From a virus (taxonomy: Duplodnaviria > Caudoviricetes): a stretch of 64,000 bases of DNA. The translations under genes and the position numbers were made by a program. This document shows positions 29,645 to 41,233 of the stretch, one piece after another (the stretch's first letter is position 1; every line of letters starts with the position of its first letter). The DNA lies in the IMG/VR virus record IMGVR_UViG_3300033074_001413, positions 1 through 64,000 of that record; one strand, 5' to 3'. Below the pieces are notes generated by a model, which saw only the letters and a list, made by a program, of their open reading frames with translations, had not been told where the DNA came from and did not search any database.

Positions 29645-29819
29645 GGCTTACCGTGGGACGAGAGCATGGTGCCTAGTTCACTAGGCCGAGGGCGCGGAAT
29701 CCCACAATTCGTCATGAAGTGTGCTGGTCGATCAACCGGGAAGGAGTGGAGATTCATCAGGGGAAACTCTGGTGTAGGTAGGTTCGGTAAGCCCCACTCA
29801 CCAGCGCATTCGTAGTGGG
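29645..29819 (+). ncRNA. Unidentified structured RNA (~170 nt)
   Basis: Intergenic, downstream of TTGACA (29614); multiple helices listed under findings. Confidence 0.55.
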
Positions 29820-29936
29820 TCCTTTCGGTTGTGTTTGTCTGTTTGTCGTTCGTACTCCTGGAGCGCCTGGGGCAACCTGGGCGCTTCCGCTTTTACCCAC
29901 TTGACAGGGATAGTTTCAGTATGGTTTAATTTTGGT

Positions 29937-32900
29937 ATGTACCGAATCATCGAAGTGAAAATGACCTGGAGGCCGGAAAAGGCCACCGAAACCGGAAGCC
30001 AAGAACTGGAACGGAAAATCAACGAAGCCGTCAAGGAAGGCTACAAACTCGACAGGCTCTGCTTCAACAACGTGGATTCGGGTCCGGGGTACAACCCGAC
30101 GGTCACCGCCTACGCCGTCATGGTCAATCAAGCTTGGGCTTGATTATTTCACCCACTCTATGCTAAAATGGCGGTGTGGAAGAACACACCGCCAAGGCCG
30201 TTGAACCAACCACGGCAGATTCCAAGAAAGTCCCCGCCACACCTCCTCCACCTCAACCGTCTTATTGCCACCACTGCGACGGCTGGTACGACGACTGCAC
30301 GCATGGCCGTTATACTGGTCCTTATATCACCCTATGAAATCAACGCCAGAGGACTTCGCATATAGCAACGAACGCCTCAATGAGGTGTTCGCCATCGAAA
30401 CATTCCCTGGATTCACCGCCGAGGTTTGTGGGAAGTGCAAAGCGACGGCGAACGTGGTGGCAGGTGGCTCCGCATGGATTTGCCCATGCGGACACATCAA
30501 TTTCATGTCGTGGAGCAATCACGTAATTCCACATCAACATCCGAACTACGGTCCGTCTCTTCAACGGCTGCATGAAGCAATAGCGCTTGTTAGGAACAGA
30601 GGACAGTATGCCGCAACATAACCCAACCAGTATTCCTACCCTCAAGATTTCCTACACCTGTCCAGAGACCAAGGAAGAGATCAAACTGGCTCTTCCATGC
30701 GATTGCTGCTTAGTGTCTGTGGAGGCGTTGGAGCCAAACAGATATCGCGTTACGCTCAACATTGAGTGTCCATTCTGTGGCAACGACCACGAGTATCTTA
30801 TTCCATAGGAGCCGCCTATGACCACTGAAAGACTTGAAGAAATCTTCGAAGAGGATCACAAAACAGAGTGGACTGGCGACAACGCCTTCCAGGGTCTGCA
30901 GATTATGGCCAAGTATTTGGACCAGACCAAGACAGATCTCATTCAAGGCGCTAGCCATGATGAGATCTATGGTCCTTCCGGCGACGACCTGATCGCAGCC
31001 GGGTTGACCGAGGAGGATGCGATCAAACTCGCTACCCTCAACTGGTCCTACAACGGGGAGTACTTCTCATGTTTCGTCTAATGCGCGGCTGCAAGCTCCA
31101 ACCACACAAGCGCTGCGGGATGTGCGGCAAGAATGTGCGCCCATCGAAACACTCCAGGAAGTGGGATGGGTGGCATTGGCATGCTAGCTGCTGGTTGAGG
31201 TTCCTGTGGGCGTAGTACTCGACGTCACACTCTGCCTCCGGTGTGAACAGGTCGTCATTAAGATTAACGACCAGACCATAACCGAGTGTTCTGTTGACTC
31301 GTTTGTGGAGATTGATGTGGTACAGGTGATTAAAGACGCACTGCGCGTTAGTGGTGTAGAATTCGAGTTCAAAGAATCGGAGTGTTCATGTCCACCGCTA
31401 CCTCCGCAACCACCACAACCGGAACCAACTCCATTCTTTTATACGCCACTACCACCAAAGCCGAGTGTGTTCAGCAACTCCACAGAAGGAGATAATCTGG
31501 AAAGGGGTCGCCTCGATCAATGAAGCTCAACTTACAACGCAAGTATAAGGCCGGGTGGATGACGGTCGGCGTGATTGATACCATCGGAGAGATGGAATGG
31601 TTGGGGGAGTTGCCCGATAACTATCGACTCCTTGACCAGGAGTTGTTCCACAAGATTCTGACAGAACGCGGTGATCCGGACGATGCCATTATGGTGTCGG
31701 CGGAATGTGACAATTGTCATGAGCCGCTCCAAGTGGCCAGGAGCGCTAAGCGGATATGCTTCAGATGCTCCACCTTGACTAACTAAAACGAGGCCGAAAT
31801 GAATCCATTCTATAAGACAACAGAAGAGCATCCAGAGAATGAGAATGCTGCAGCTGGCGTTCTCTATTTCGAAGGGAATCCATCCGACGATGACATCGAC
31901 GCCGCAGTAATAAAGGCATACGGCGAAGAGTGCGGATCTGGTGCTGTGGATGATGGCGGCGCTGGATGGGAACGCAAAGAGACACCAGTCAGCAAGAGAG
32001 CCAAATTGGTTCGTGTCGTCGTCTTCGATGGCGCAGCATGACTTTCAGCATCAAGAAGTCAATGGCTGGTGTAGTGGCATCATGCATCAATGACGCCCTA
32101 CAACGCTCTGGTGCTGATGAGGTCATGGACATCCGTGTCTGGATGCAAAAGTGGCCGAGCGTCGAGTGTGGGTTTGGTGAGACACTCTCTTCAGAACCAA
32201 AGGAGTGTATCGCCCCGACTGTCGTAGTTAAGATTCACAAGAAGCTTCGGTATGTCTACCACAACGGAATATTCGCATATATCATCACCAACGCGGTGTC
32301 GATGCAGTATTACAACGCCATGAACTCTCGTCGACTGCCGGGTGCCTGTGACAAAGCCGAGATATCGATGCTCAATGCAACGTAGATGGAGTGTATTGAC
32401 AGTTCGGTTCATGTTGATCTATAATCGGGTATGCTAACTGAGCAGGAACGAATAGCTCATGCCGTTGGTCAGGCCAACGCCGAGATATACGCCAAGCAGA
32501 TGCTTGCTCGCCGTCACCAAGCATATGCCCAGATTGTCTACGAAGTGATTCGTGACATGCGCGATGGCAAGCTCACCATTGGTGTTCTTACTGCTGGAAC
32601 GCTTTCCGCAGAAGACACCACTCTCCTGGATACCATCATGGATCGGATCAAAGCCTTCGATTCAAGCGGAGCCGTATGAACAGATGCGTCAAATGTGACG
32701 TCGGAGAGTTGAAAGAAAACCAACTCGAAACATGTCCTGTCGGTGGAATGCATGATTTCCGTCCACCGGAAGATTTGACATCGGTTCGGTTGAGTATGGC
32801 GGAGATCTACCGCGATGAAGGTAACACCAGGATGGAGACCCACTATCTCAGCTTGGTGCCAGAAGAGCTGAGACCAAATAAGGTCAAGATTCCGCAAAGT

Positions 32901-33634
32901 TTGGTTCACATCATCTCCATAGCAGCAGCCAACGAGGGCTTACGGGCTGAAGCACGCGGAGACACAATCACGTTCAGTCCAAGAAGGGATGACGACGAGG
33001 TCCGAATACAGGACTGTTACGTGCAGTACAACCCCTCCAGAAGGGTCCTGTACGTATTCCATAAGAACGGAACATGCGTGCTTCGTATCACCGGACTACA
33101 GGTCCCCAAAGAAAACCTCATCCCCCCAATGGATCGCACATGCCTCGCCGAGATTCAACTCGCAGGTCATGCCATCGCCAATATGGAATATATTAGAAGC
33201 GGCGGTCCGGACATGGCCATAGACGGTAAGGCAATAGTAAGATGACTCAGTGGCGCAATAATAAGCCACTTATTGAACTATGGAAGAAACCGTTTGCTTG
33301 GGATGGTGAATCCCTCCTCAACATTTGTAAGTGTGGAATGACCACACAGTGTTCGGATGGAATTTGCCACAACTGTCGAGGCGTTATGAACATAGAAGAG
33401 ATTCGCAAGCTCAAACCCGGTGATTCGATGGAGTATGAAGAGTGCAATCAACGCTATCACTGCGAGTTTGTCTCGCTCAAGGAAGAAGGGAATTGGTTCG
33501 GCCTCAATATGCGCGTCGTCAAAGCCATTCGTTGGACGGAGGCATTTGGCGAGCTGAAACCAGGACTGGATATTAACGTGGGTGGCCGTCCAGATCACCC
33601 CGACAACTGGGGTTGGACAGTTAAACAAATATGA
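29937..33634 (+). other. Run of small early-type hypothetical genes (e.g. 29937-30143, 30334-30621, 30818-31081, 31520-31786, 31799-32041, 32038-32385, 32431-32679, 32676-33245, 33242-33634)
   Basis: Dense overlapping plus-strand ORFs with several sigma70-like promoters; many carry CxxC motifs. Confidence 0.65.
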
Positions 33635-34224
33635 ACATTCTTAAGCCGATCCGCCAGGATCTGAAATACCACTGTTTCGCCTATGACTGTCAAACCAAGT
33701 TCGGAATTCCCCATTTCTGGAATGTCATCACCAACTTGGCGTTCGTACTAGCTGGCATATATGGTCTGATGTTCAATGGCCAGTCAACCAGCTATTACGT
33801 GATCATGGTCGGAACCATCTTGGTTGGCTTCGGGTCAGGCTACTACCACTGGAATCCGAACAACCAAACGCTGGTGTGGGACCGCATCCCAATGACCATA
33901 GTGTTCATGGCGCTGGTCACATCCCTCATCAACGAATGGTGGCTCTGGCCGCTGGTCATTGCTGGCATCCTGAGCGTCGTATACTGGCACTATACTGACG
34001 ATTTGCGACCATACGTGTTCGTTCAGTTCGGATCAGTGATGTTCCTGCTTGCTGTCGGCGGTAAACAACTCTGGCCTGTCGTTGCGATGTACGTTGTGGC
34101 CAAGTTCTTGGAGGCATTCGACCAATCCATTTCACCAATTGGTGGTCACCCATGGAAGCATGTGGCCGCTGCTATTGCCCTCTACTTCTATATCGGCTTG
34201 ACAGTTCACGGCAGACTGTGGTAA
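33631..34224 (+). CDS. Alkaline ceramidase-like membrane hydrolase (CREST superfamily)
   Basis: NVITNLAF, GSGYYH (SxxxH), WDRIPM, GHPWKH (HxxxH); multiple TM segments. Confidence 0.8.
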   Translation: MNILKPIRQDLKYHCFAYDCQTKFGIPHFWNVITNLAFVLAGIYGLMFNGQSTSYYVIMVGTILVGFGSGYYHWNPNNQTLVWDRIPMTIVFMALVTSLINEWWLWPLVIAGILSVVYWHYTDDLRPYVFVQFGSVMFLLAVGGKQLWPVVAMYVVAKFLEAFDQSISPIGGHPWKHVAAAIALYFYIGLTVHGRLW

Positions 34225-34573
34225 GATTTTTAGTATGGCAAACCAAAGCGCACGTAAGAATTTGCTGGAAGCAGCCAGGGCTGTCGTAGCCAATGCCCGC
34301 AAACTGCAAAAGGCCAAAGTGGGCAGTCAGAGCACTAGCAGGATTTTGATGGAACTGAAACACGATCTCGAAGACGCGATGAACTCGCTGCGGGTCGTGG
34401 CCAACGAGGACTAGCATGGATGCCACTGTAGAAGAGTTGAAAGCGGCGCTGAAAGAATGTGCTGCCGCTATGCGCAAATCTGTTGAGGAAGGGTGCACTG
34501 ACCACCTGGACTGTTGTGACGACGCTGGTCAGTTCTGGCATGACGCCGTAGCCAATGCGGAGCGCCTCAGCAA

Positions 34574-36922
34574 ATGAACCTGCGAGTTTTCGTCAAACGT
34601 GATGGCAAAGCAGTCGTCTCACAAGGATGTGACTCGCCAGCCAGTGCTGCCAGCGCTGTCGCTTCGTTTCTGGTTGGATACCCACCTCCCAACTACATGA
34701 TTGAGGTTGTCGAGGACCTTCCTCCTGCCACCAGAATTCAGCGCATCGCCAATTTGCGCTTTCCATCCACTGACTTGAACAGGGAGACCACTATTCTCGA
34801 GTGGATGAAGACTTTACTACTCACCTTGTTTCAAGAGGAAGAGGGGTTTTCCGGGAAGCGACCGCTTGGTAATAGCTCCTGGAAGGCTGATGCTGAAGCG
34901 GCGCTAATCCAGGCCGGACTACTCAACGGAAAGTTGGATTCTGAAGGCTACATCGAGGAGTGTGCCGATAGTATGCCAATTTTTGTAGAAGTCATCAGCG
35001 CACTCGAGACACCCAAGCCTTAAACATTGACATCGCACCGGAATTGAGCTACAATAGAGTTGGTGATCTGCATTAACTGCAGCAACGACTTTGTTGGAAG
35101 GCGCTGCCCTAATTGCGGTGCTCTCCCACCTGAACACGCCAAGAAGAATCCATCTCTTGGCGACATCCTTTACTCGCGTAAATTCGTCAGAAGGTTTTTC
35201 ACCGACCAGAAGAAGATTCGACTGTCCGGTGACGACAAACCTTGGAATGAATGGTAACCATGGAAGCTATTTGTGTATTTCACTCTGAGACAGGGACTGA
35301 GGGTGGATTCTGGGCCGTCCAGGATCTTCAACATATCCACCCTCCAACCGATGGACACCCTTATGGCCGTTGGGATTACGAAGGTCTGCATATTCTCAAG
35401 GATGGTGACAAGCTAACCATCTATTCCAAGGACCGTGAGGTCATTTGGAATGGTGAGATTAAACTCACAGAGTATCCGGTCTTCACCGAAGAGGCCTGTG
35501 GCATGTGGATTCACTCCGACCAGCAAGGAGTGGACCGTGAAACATGGGCCAAATATTTCATGGAAGAGTCGCCGTGTTCGTACTTTCCTGGACCAGAGTC
35601 ACCCAATGCTGAATGAAGACGTTCTACCTGCTGATTGGGAAGATACTCCCCACAATCGCGACTTATGGAAGCGATATGCTAGCGCCCGCAATATAGCTGA
35701 GGGAATTCACGCTAGTGAAAATCATCCCGGCAAGATGAAAGACTGTATAGAGTGCAAGAGCGGGTTTGCACTATTACTGGTAGGTTCACAATGCGCGTGA
35801 ATTTCGGAATGATGATCGGCGACGAACAGTGCCGCGTCGGTTACAAAGAATACCCTGTGGATAATCCGTCAGAGGCTGCTCTGGCTATCGCAACCGACTA
35901 CCTGGAATTCAAGAAGGTGATGGACTATCACGGACATCCAACATTTCTTGAACTCACCGAGAGAGTTGAAGGTTTGCCTGATCTAATAGATGCGCACCTC
36001 GATCCGGTATTGGAGACCGTGATGTACCAATATGAGGCAGGAGTAGTTGATCCCATAACCGGAGAGGTCCGTTGGACAGGAGAAACCATCAAGTCATCTT
36101 CAGAGGAAGAGGCGCTTGATGAGTTTACTAGGCAGGGATACTATCGGAATTTGCGTGTGAGGCAATCTAATATTCCTGACTCGACTCCAACTATGCTACA
36201 ATGAGTTAGTATGAGTCTGCAACAATTTGACGACGACTGTCCTGGGTGCAAGCCAGCGGTGCTGGACCCAAAGACAAACGAAGTGTTGCCAGATGACCAT
36301 CCAGTCATGGTGGCTATCTTTGCCGTGTGGGAGACCACTACCCCGGAAGAGCGTAAGGCATTTCATGACGTGTGCTGTCTTAATTCTCAGCAGCCACACG
36401 ACATGGCACTGATGCAGGGTCTCGTCCTCCGTATCCAACTGGCGATTCACAAGGTGCCGGGAGAAGTCCAATGATGAAGAAGGTCGCACTGATCAAACTT
36501 TCAGTCTGCCCATGTGGGTTTACACTCCTGGCTGACTCCATTCCGCTTGGCACGGAGTACACCATTGACACCGAGACAATCGGCAACGAGTTCTCCTACC
36601 GTTGTGGTCGGTGTGGAACGATCCATCGTAACATGGCAAGCGTGCGAACCAGTCAGTCCCTGCACCCGGAACGACCAATGGCACCTCTGCCACTTGAGTT
36701 GTTCATGACCACGCCGTCTGGCGCTCTCGAAGTAATCCAGTGATCCCACTGCGCATCATCGATTTCGCGTGGACTCCATATGGATATTTGTTCACGCTCA
36801 CCGAGGACGCCACCACCAACAAAGTTTGGTCCGTTTTGCTTGATGCGTATCAGGCGTTGTCGCTCCTTCAACAACCCGGCATTCGGGTAGATACGAGTAC
36901 GAAGATATTCTCGGTTTGGTAG
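34574..36922 (+). other. Run of small hypothetical genes (34574-35023, 35060-35257, 35260-35616, 35791-36204, 36211-36474, 36471-36743, 36740-36922)
   Basis: Packed plus-strand ORFs with overlapping start/stop codons. Confidence 0.65.
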
Positions 36923-37043
36923 CCAGTCAGATACGGCTGGCACAGGCTGATGCCAGAGCCAACATGGATGACGCCGAGCTTCTTGGGTATCCCGCCTCCA
37001 AAAGATGAAAACAGGTGGTGTCTAATTAAAACTGGAGACCACC

Positions 37044-37379
37044 ATGAAGTCATTCAAACAATTCACCACGGAGTCAGTCGAAGTCGTTTTCCTTGGTAAG
37101 GAGTCGCTGTCCGATTCTTCACGCGGTCCTAAACCAAGTGGCCGTTGGGGATGGGAATATCAGTTTACAGTCAATGGTAAGAAGTGTAATGTGCAAATGG
37201 GCGACTGGCTAGAGCATGAAAGCTCCGGTGAGATCGAAGCACAAATGCCGGATCTAGTTGACTTTGTTGGTCCTGACGCCGAAGAGGGTGTCGCGGTCAA
37301 AGTAATGAAGGACATCTTCGTTGATGGTAACGACGACATCCTTAAGCGCAAAGGCACCCGCAAGACCTTTAATGTCTAG
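37044..37379 (+). CDS. Putative internal head protein
   Basis: MKSFKQFTTES tag; CTAATTA and GGAG upstream. Confidence 0.7.
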   Translation: MKSFKQFTTESVEVVFLGKESLSDSSRGPKPSGRWGWEYQFTVNGKKCNVQMGDWLEHESSGEIEAQMPDLVDFVGPDAEEGVAVKVMKDIFVDGNDDILKRKGTRKTFNV

Positions 37380-37381
37380 CC

Positions 37382-37843
37382 ATGAAATCATTCCGAGTAT
37401 TCTCAGAAAGTACCGACGCCCATGTTGACTGCGTTCACTCCGCAGTAGAAAATGAGGCTTTGACATTCCGCGAGAATTTCGGATATGCGGCGCATGGTGA
37501 ACAGTACGCCGCCGCATGGGAAAACGCCTCATCATACCTTCAAAACTGTCCTGGTCTGTCAGAAGACGAGTTTCGGCGGATCCTTGAAAGAGAATACCAC
37601 TTCAAATACGACCCGAATGACTGGGTGTATATGGCATCCACTGGGAAGCGTAATGGTGTGGCGCAGTGGTACTGGAGCTATGTTTCAAGTAGTGAATATC
37701 TCCAGGCCAAAGCGCAGGGTGATATTGCGATTTGTTCAAGATGTGAAACTTGGTGGGCTGACGACAATGACAGCAGCGAGTGCTTTAAGTGCCGGGGTTG
37801 GAAAGAGGCGAAGAATCTCTCTAAACACAGGCCAATATTCTAA
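37382..37843 (+). CDS. Putative internal head protein with a C-terminal zinc ribbon
   Basis: MKSFRVFSES tag; CSRC...CFKC. Confidence 0.65.
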   Translation: MKSFRVFSESTDAHVDCVHSAVENEALTFRENFGYAAHGEQYAAAWENASSYLQNCPGLSEDEFRRILEREYHFKYDPNDWVYMASTGKRNGVAQWYWSYVSSSEYLQAKAQGDIAICSRCETWWADDNDSSECFKCRGWKEAKNLSKHRPIF

Positions 37844-38271
37844 TGCGCACATTCAGCCAGTTCATTACCGAAGCGCAAGGTGAGGTCCTCTACCACGTCA
37901 CCCACACCAGCCTCGTTCCTAAGCTGCAGAAAGAAGGCCTTAAGACTGGGCAAAAAGCCAACTGGGTGAAAGCGGCGTCCGGTAGGAAGTATGGCAAGGG
38001 CGAGGTCCACGCGTTCGAAGACAACCACGACGCCATTCGTTGGGCGGCGCGTATGGACTGGGAAACAAACCGTCAAACTGGTTCAGGGAAGATATCCATA
38101 CTCACCATCAATCGCGGCACTCATAAGTGGGTTGTTGATACCAATGATCCGCTTAGTCAGCTTGGTAGTCGTGGTAAGTGGTTGAAAACCAAAGAGAACG
38201 TCAATCCCGCCGATATCACTCATGTCGAACCGCTCACCGTCGACATGGTCAAGAAGTTGATCCAACAGTAA
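37843..38271 (+). CDS. Putative packaged ART-like protein (Tpt1/DarT-like His motif)
   Basis: MRTFSQFITEA tag; LYHVTH...KLQKEGLK; VNPADI. Confidence 0.65.
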   Translation: MRTFSQFITEAQGEVLYHVTHTSLVPKLQKEGLKTGQKANWVKAASGRKYGKGEVHAFEDNHDAIRWAARMDWETNRQTGSGKISILTINRGTHKWVVDTNDPLSQLGSRGKWLKTKENVNPADITHVEPLTVDMVKKLIQQ

Positions 38272-38279
38272 ATACTAGT

Positions 38280-38687
38280 ATGAAGTCGTTTAGCCAGTTC
38301 ATCACCGAAGTCACTGCGCATGTCTATCATGGCGGTAATCTCTCCGCAGATAAGCCGCTGGTCACCTACTGGACGCAGGACCGCGAAATGGCTCTATCCT
38401 ATGCGGAGATGTCTGCAGATAGATTCGGCGGTGACCACGGGATAATTGACAAGACCCTCACACTCGTACCTGCACCCTGGTCATTGATTCAAAAGGAAGC
38501 GCGTAAGGTCGGTATTGATCCAGAAGATTACACACCCGCAAGCGTATTCGACGCCGAGATACAAGGTGAAGAATCAGTACGCGATCTGGTCAAGGCACTT
38601 AAATCCCTCCATTATACCGGAGCCATTCTGCCCGATATTGCCTACGGCAAGCAGATTGAAGCTGACGCCTGGATTGAGTTCAACTAA
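38280..38687 (+). CDS. Putative packaged ART-like protein
   Basis: MKSFSQFITEV tag; VYHGG...YWTQDREMALSYA; TAAATA-N5-ATG. Confidence 0.65.
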   Translation: MKSFSQFITEVTAHVYHGGNLSADKPLVTYWTQDREMALSYAEMSADRFGGDHGIIDKTLTLVPAPWSLIQKEARKVGIDPEDYTPASVFDAEIQGEESVRDLVKALKSLHYTGAILPDIAYGKQIEADAWIEFN

Positions 38688-38705
38688 CTGTGCTATAATC
38701 CAATT

Positions 38706-38891
38706 ATGGATTGTCCAACAGGTAAACGGTCGTACTCGAAGGGTAAGGCCGAGGCGCAACTCCGTTCACTCACCCGCAAGGATCCAAACTATGCCGGATG
38801 TGTCTATCCGTGCGTCACTTGCCAGGGTTGTCACGTCGGCAGACTCAAGAAGGGTGCACACCGTAACAAGTACAAGGTGGCCGCGCAATGA
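38706..38891 (+). CDS. Small zinc-finger-like protein
   Basis: CPTGKRSY...VYPCVTCQGCH; TATAAT-N6-ATG. Confidence 0.65.
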   Translation: MDCPTGKRSYSKGKAEAQLRSLTRKDPNYAGCVYPCVTCQGCHVGRLKKGAHRNKYKVAAQ

Positions 38892-40149
38892 CGCAAAGGT
38901 ATATTGTTAGATCAGGCGACCACTACTTGGTTTGGGAGGGTGTCGGCAATCAGTACGCTCTTACACTTAACCTGTTCCATACGGTCTGCCGCCAGTCGTT
39001 TGATAAGCAAGCGGAGGCTCAGCGGTTTATTGACGTAGCCAAAGTTGCTGGCAGATCGTTCCTGTACAATAAGGAACTCGACAAGGTCGAATCGGTGAAA
39101 CTTTGCGATATCCCGCTTGAAGTGGTCATGGCTCAGGTCGATATCCGGATATAGTTGCGGGTTTCACTTCACGTATGCTTTAATATACCTATGGATATTA
39201 AAGCCATCGCCAAAGAAATCGCTGCCGCGCTTAGCCGGGACAGTGTGATCCCTGATACGGACGGGTATCAGGAAGAGGCGGAGCGCATTGCGCTCGAGGT
39301 TCTGCAACGGCATGCCTAACCCGCTGATGCTCGTGGGCGCGTTCGTGTTCTTCATCCTGCTCGATGACCGCGTGGTGCTCGCCTTGAAGTACCTGCTGAA
39401 GGACTGGCGCAATAAACTAACCAATTCGGGCTGCTGTTAAAACGATATCTTGCAGGTTCACTTCACCCTGTGATAAAATCCTAGTATGGTATTCAATACC
39501 GAGGACGAAATCCGCGCTTACTACCAGGGTCGCATGGACGAAGCCGACCGTTGGGCGTACTGGCAGGGCGGCGCAAAGTGGTGTGGCACCTCTGATCGCC
39601 GTGCCTTGCAGGACATCCTCGCCGAGCTTACGCTGCAGATGGCGCAGTGCCTGGAGCAGTTCCGGAGGCAACACGCATGACAGGCCAGGAACTGTACGAG
39701 TGGCTCCAGGCGATCCCGGAAGAGGACCGACGCCGCGCACGCTGCACGCTCGAAGTAGCTGCCGAACACGAGGATCTGGTCACGGCCAAGATCTACACGG
39801 AGGGTGATGGTAAGCGCATTTACCTAATCAACAAGTGAGCCGCCGCCATTTGAATTAAGATTAGTAGGCTGTTAAAAGATATGCCGCTCGACAGGCCATC
39901 TGCGACACGCGAGGAATCCATCTCGGATCTACACACCGTCGTATATCTGCTGCAGGGCATAGCCGACCAAATCGAACTCGAAGCCTCCCCATTACCCGCC
40001 GATCCGCACAAATCCGACGACTCCTACTACCGCGTCTGGTCTGCAGTGACCGACGCACGTGCCGCACTGTCCAGTACCGCACGCAGAATACTCGAACTAC
40101 CCGAGCGTCCGCGCTTGAAGCTGGTCAAGCGCGAAAAACCCCAACAACG

Positions 40150-40173
40150 TAGTGGGGTAAATTGGGGCATTTG
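40150..40173 (+). repeat. Direct repeat, copy 1 (24-bp exact core of a ~75-bp imperfect repeat)
   Basis: TAGTGGGGTAAATTGGGGCATTTG, also found at 41210-41233. Confidence 0.9.
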
Positions 40174-41209
40174 ATATCGCATTTTCCGAAGGGTATGGTA
40201 TGTCGCGTGATGAACTGATCGCACAACTTCAACAGCTTCCCGAAGGGGAAGTACAGGTGATCGTCAAGGTGTGGTCGCCGCTTGGCGCTGAGTACGACAG
40301 GCGTCCAGGAACCATATGGGTCGGAAGCAACGCCGTGGTGGTGACGCCGAAATGATCAAAGTACTGATACTCGCTCTGCTGTTCATCCTAATATTGAGCG
40401 GAAAGGGCGAAGCTCCGCCAAGCACATGACCATAACCGTCGAGCAGATGTGGTTGATGGCACGAATCTGCCAAAGCCTGATCATTCCGAAGGCATCGATC
40501 CGGCACGCGGATAAAATAGTGATTAGTCGACTGCTCGTAAAAAGGCTAGTTGAGCTGAGGCGTTGGCACGACGGCGATCAGTATGGCCTTACACAAACCG
40601 GGTGGGCAGTGGCCGAGCGACACCGGATGGAAGAATGGCCAATCAAAGGAACATACCGTGACACCACATGAGGTTTTGACCACGCTTTTGGGCGATCTGA
40701 GCGCACCGGACTTGGAGAATATGCTTGGTCGGGCGCGGGCCTTGAATGCCTCTCTTGAGGCGATCATGCGCAACCGCAACTTCAACGAAGTGACCACGGA
40801 GGAGCACGTGGTCAACAGTATGGAGATGGTCGCACGCGTGGGTGTGGCGATCAACGACGTCAAGAAGAAGCGCGAGCACCCCTATGGCTGAGACACTGGC
40901 CGAGGCGCTTAAGGCGGAAGAGGCACAACTGTCTTTGAAGGTGTTGGGGTTGTCGATCCGTGGGCGAACTCTGACATTTGAGGAGGCGCAAGCGGTGTGT
41001 AAACGGGCGGAAGAAATTGCCAAGCAAAGCCAAACAGATTGAACGTTATCAACGCCAAATAGCGACCGACAAGCGCAGCACCCGGCGCACCGCCAAACGT
41101 CGTTTAGCTTATTTTGCCCGCTACAAGCGGATGACGATTGCGGAGTGTAAGAAGTATCTGCTGCGGATCGGATGGAACTGGCGGGAGTTCTGAAAAAATC
41201 CCCACGACA

Positions 41210-41233
41210 TAGTGGGGTAAATTGGGGCATTTG
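41210..41233 (+). repeat. Direct repeat, copy 2
   Basis: Identical to 40150-40173. Confidence 0.9.

Noticed and set aside
29645-29793. Retron msr-msd (terminal inverted repeat)
   Set aside because: There is no reverse transcriptase in the window and no long msd hairpin; kept as an unidentified RNA.
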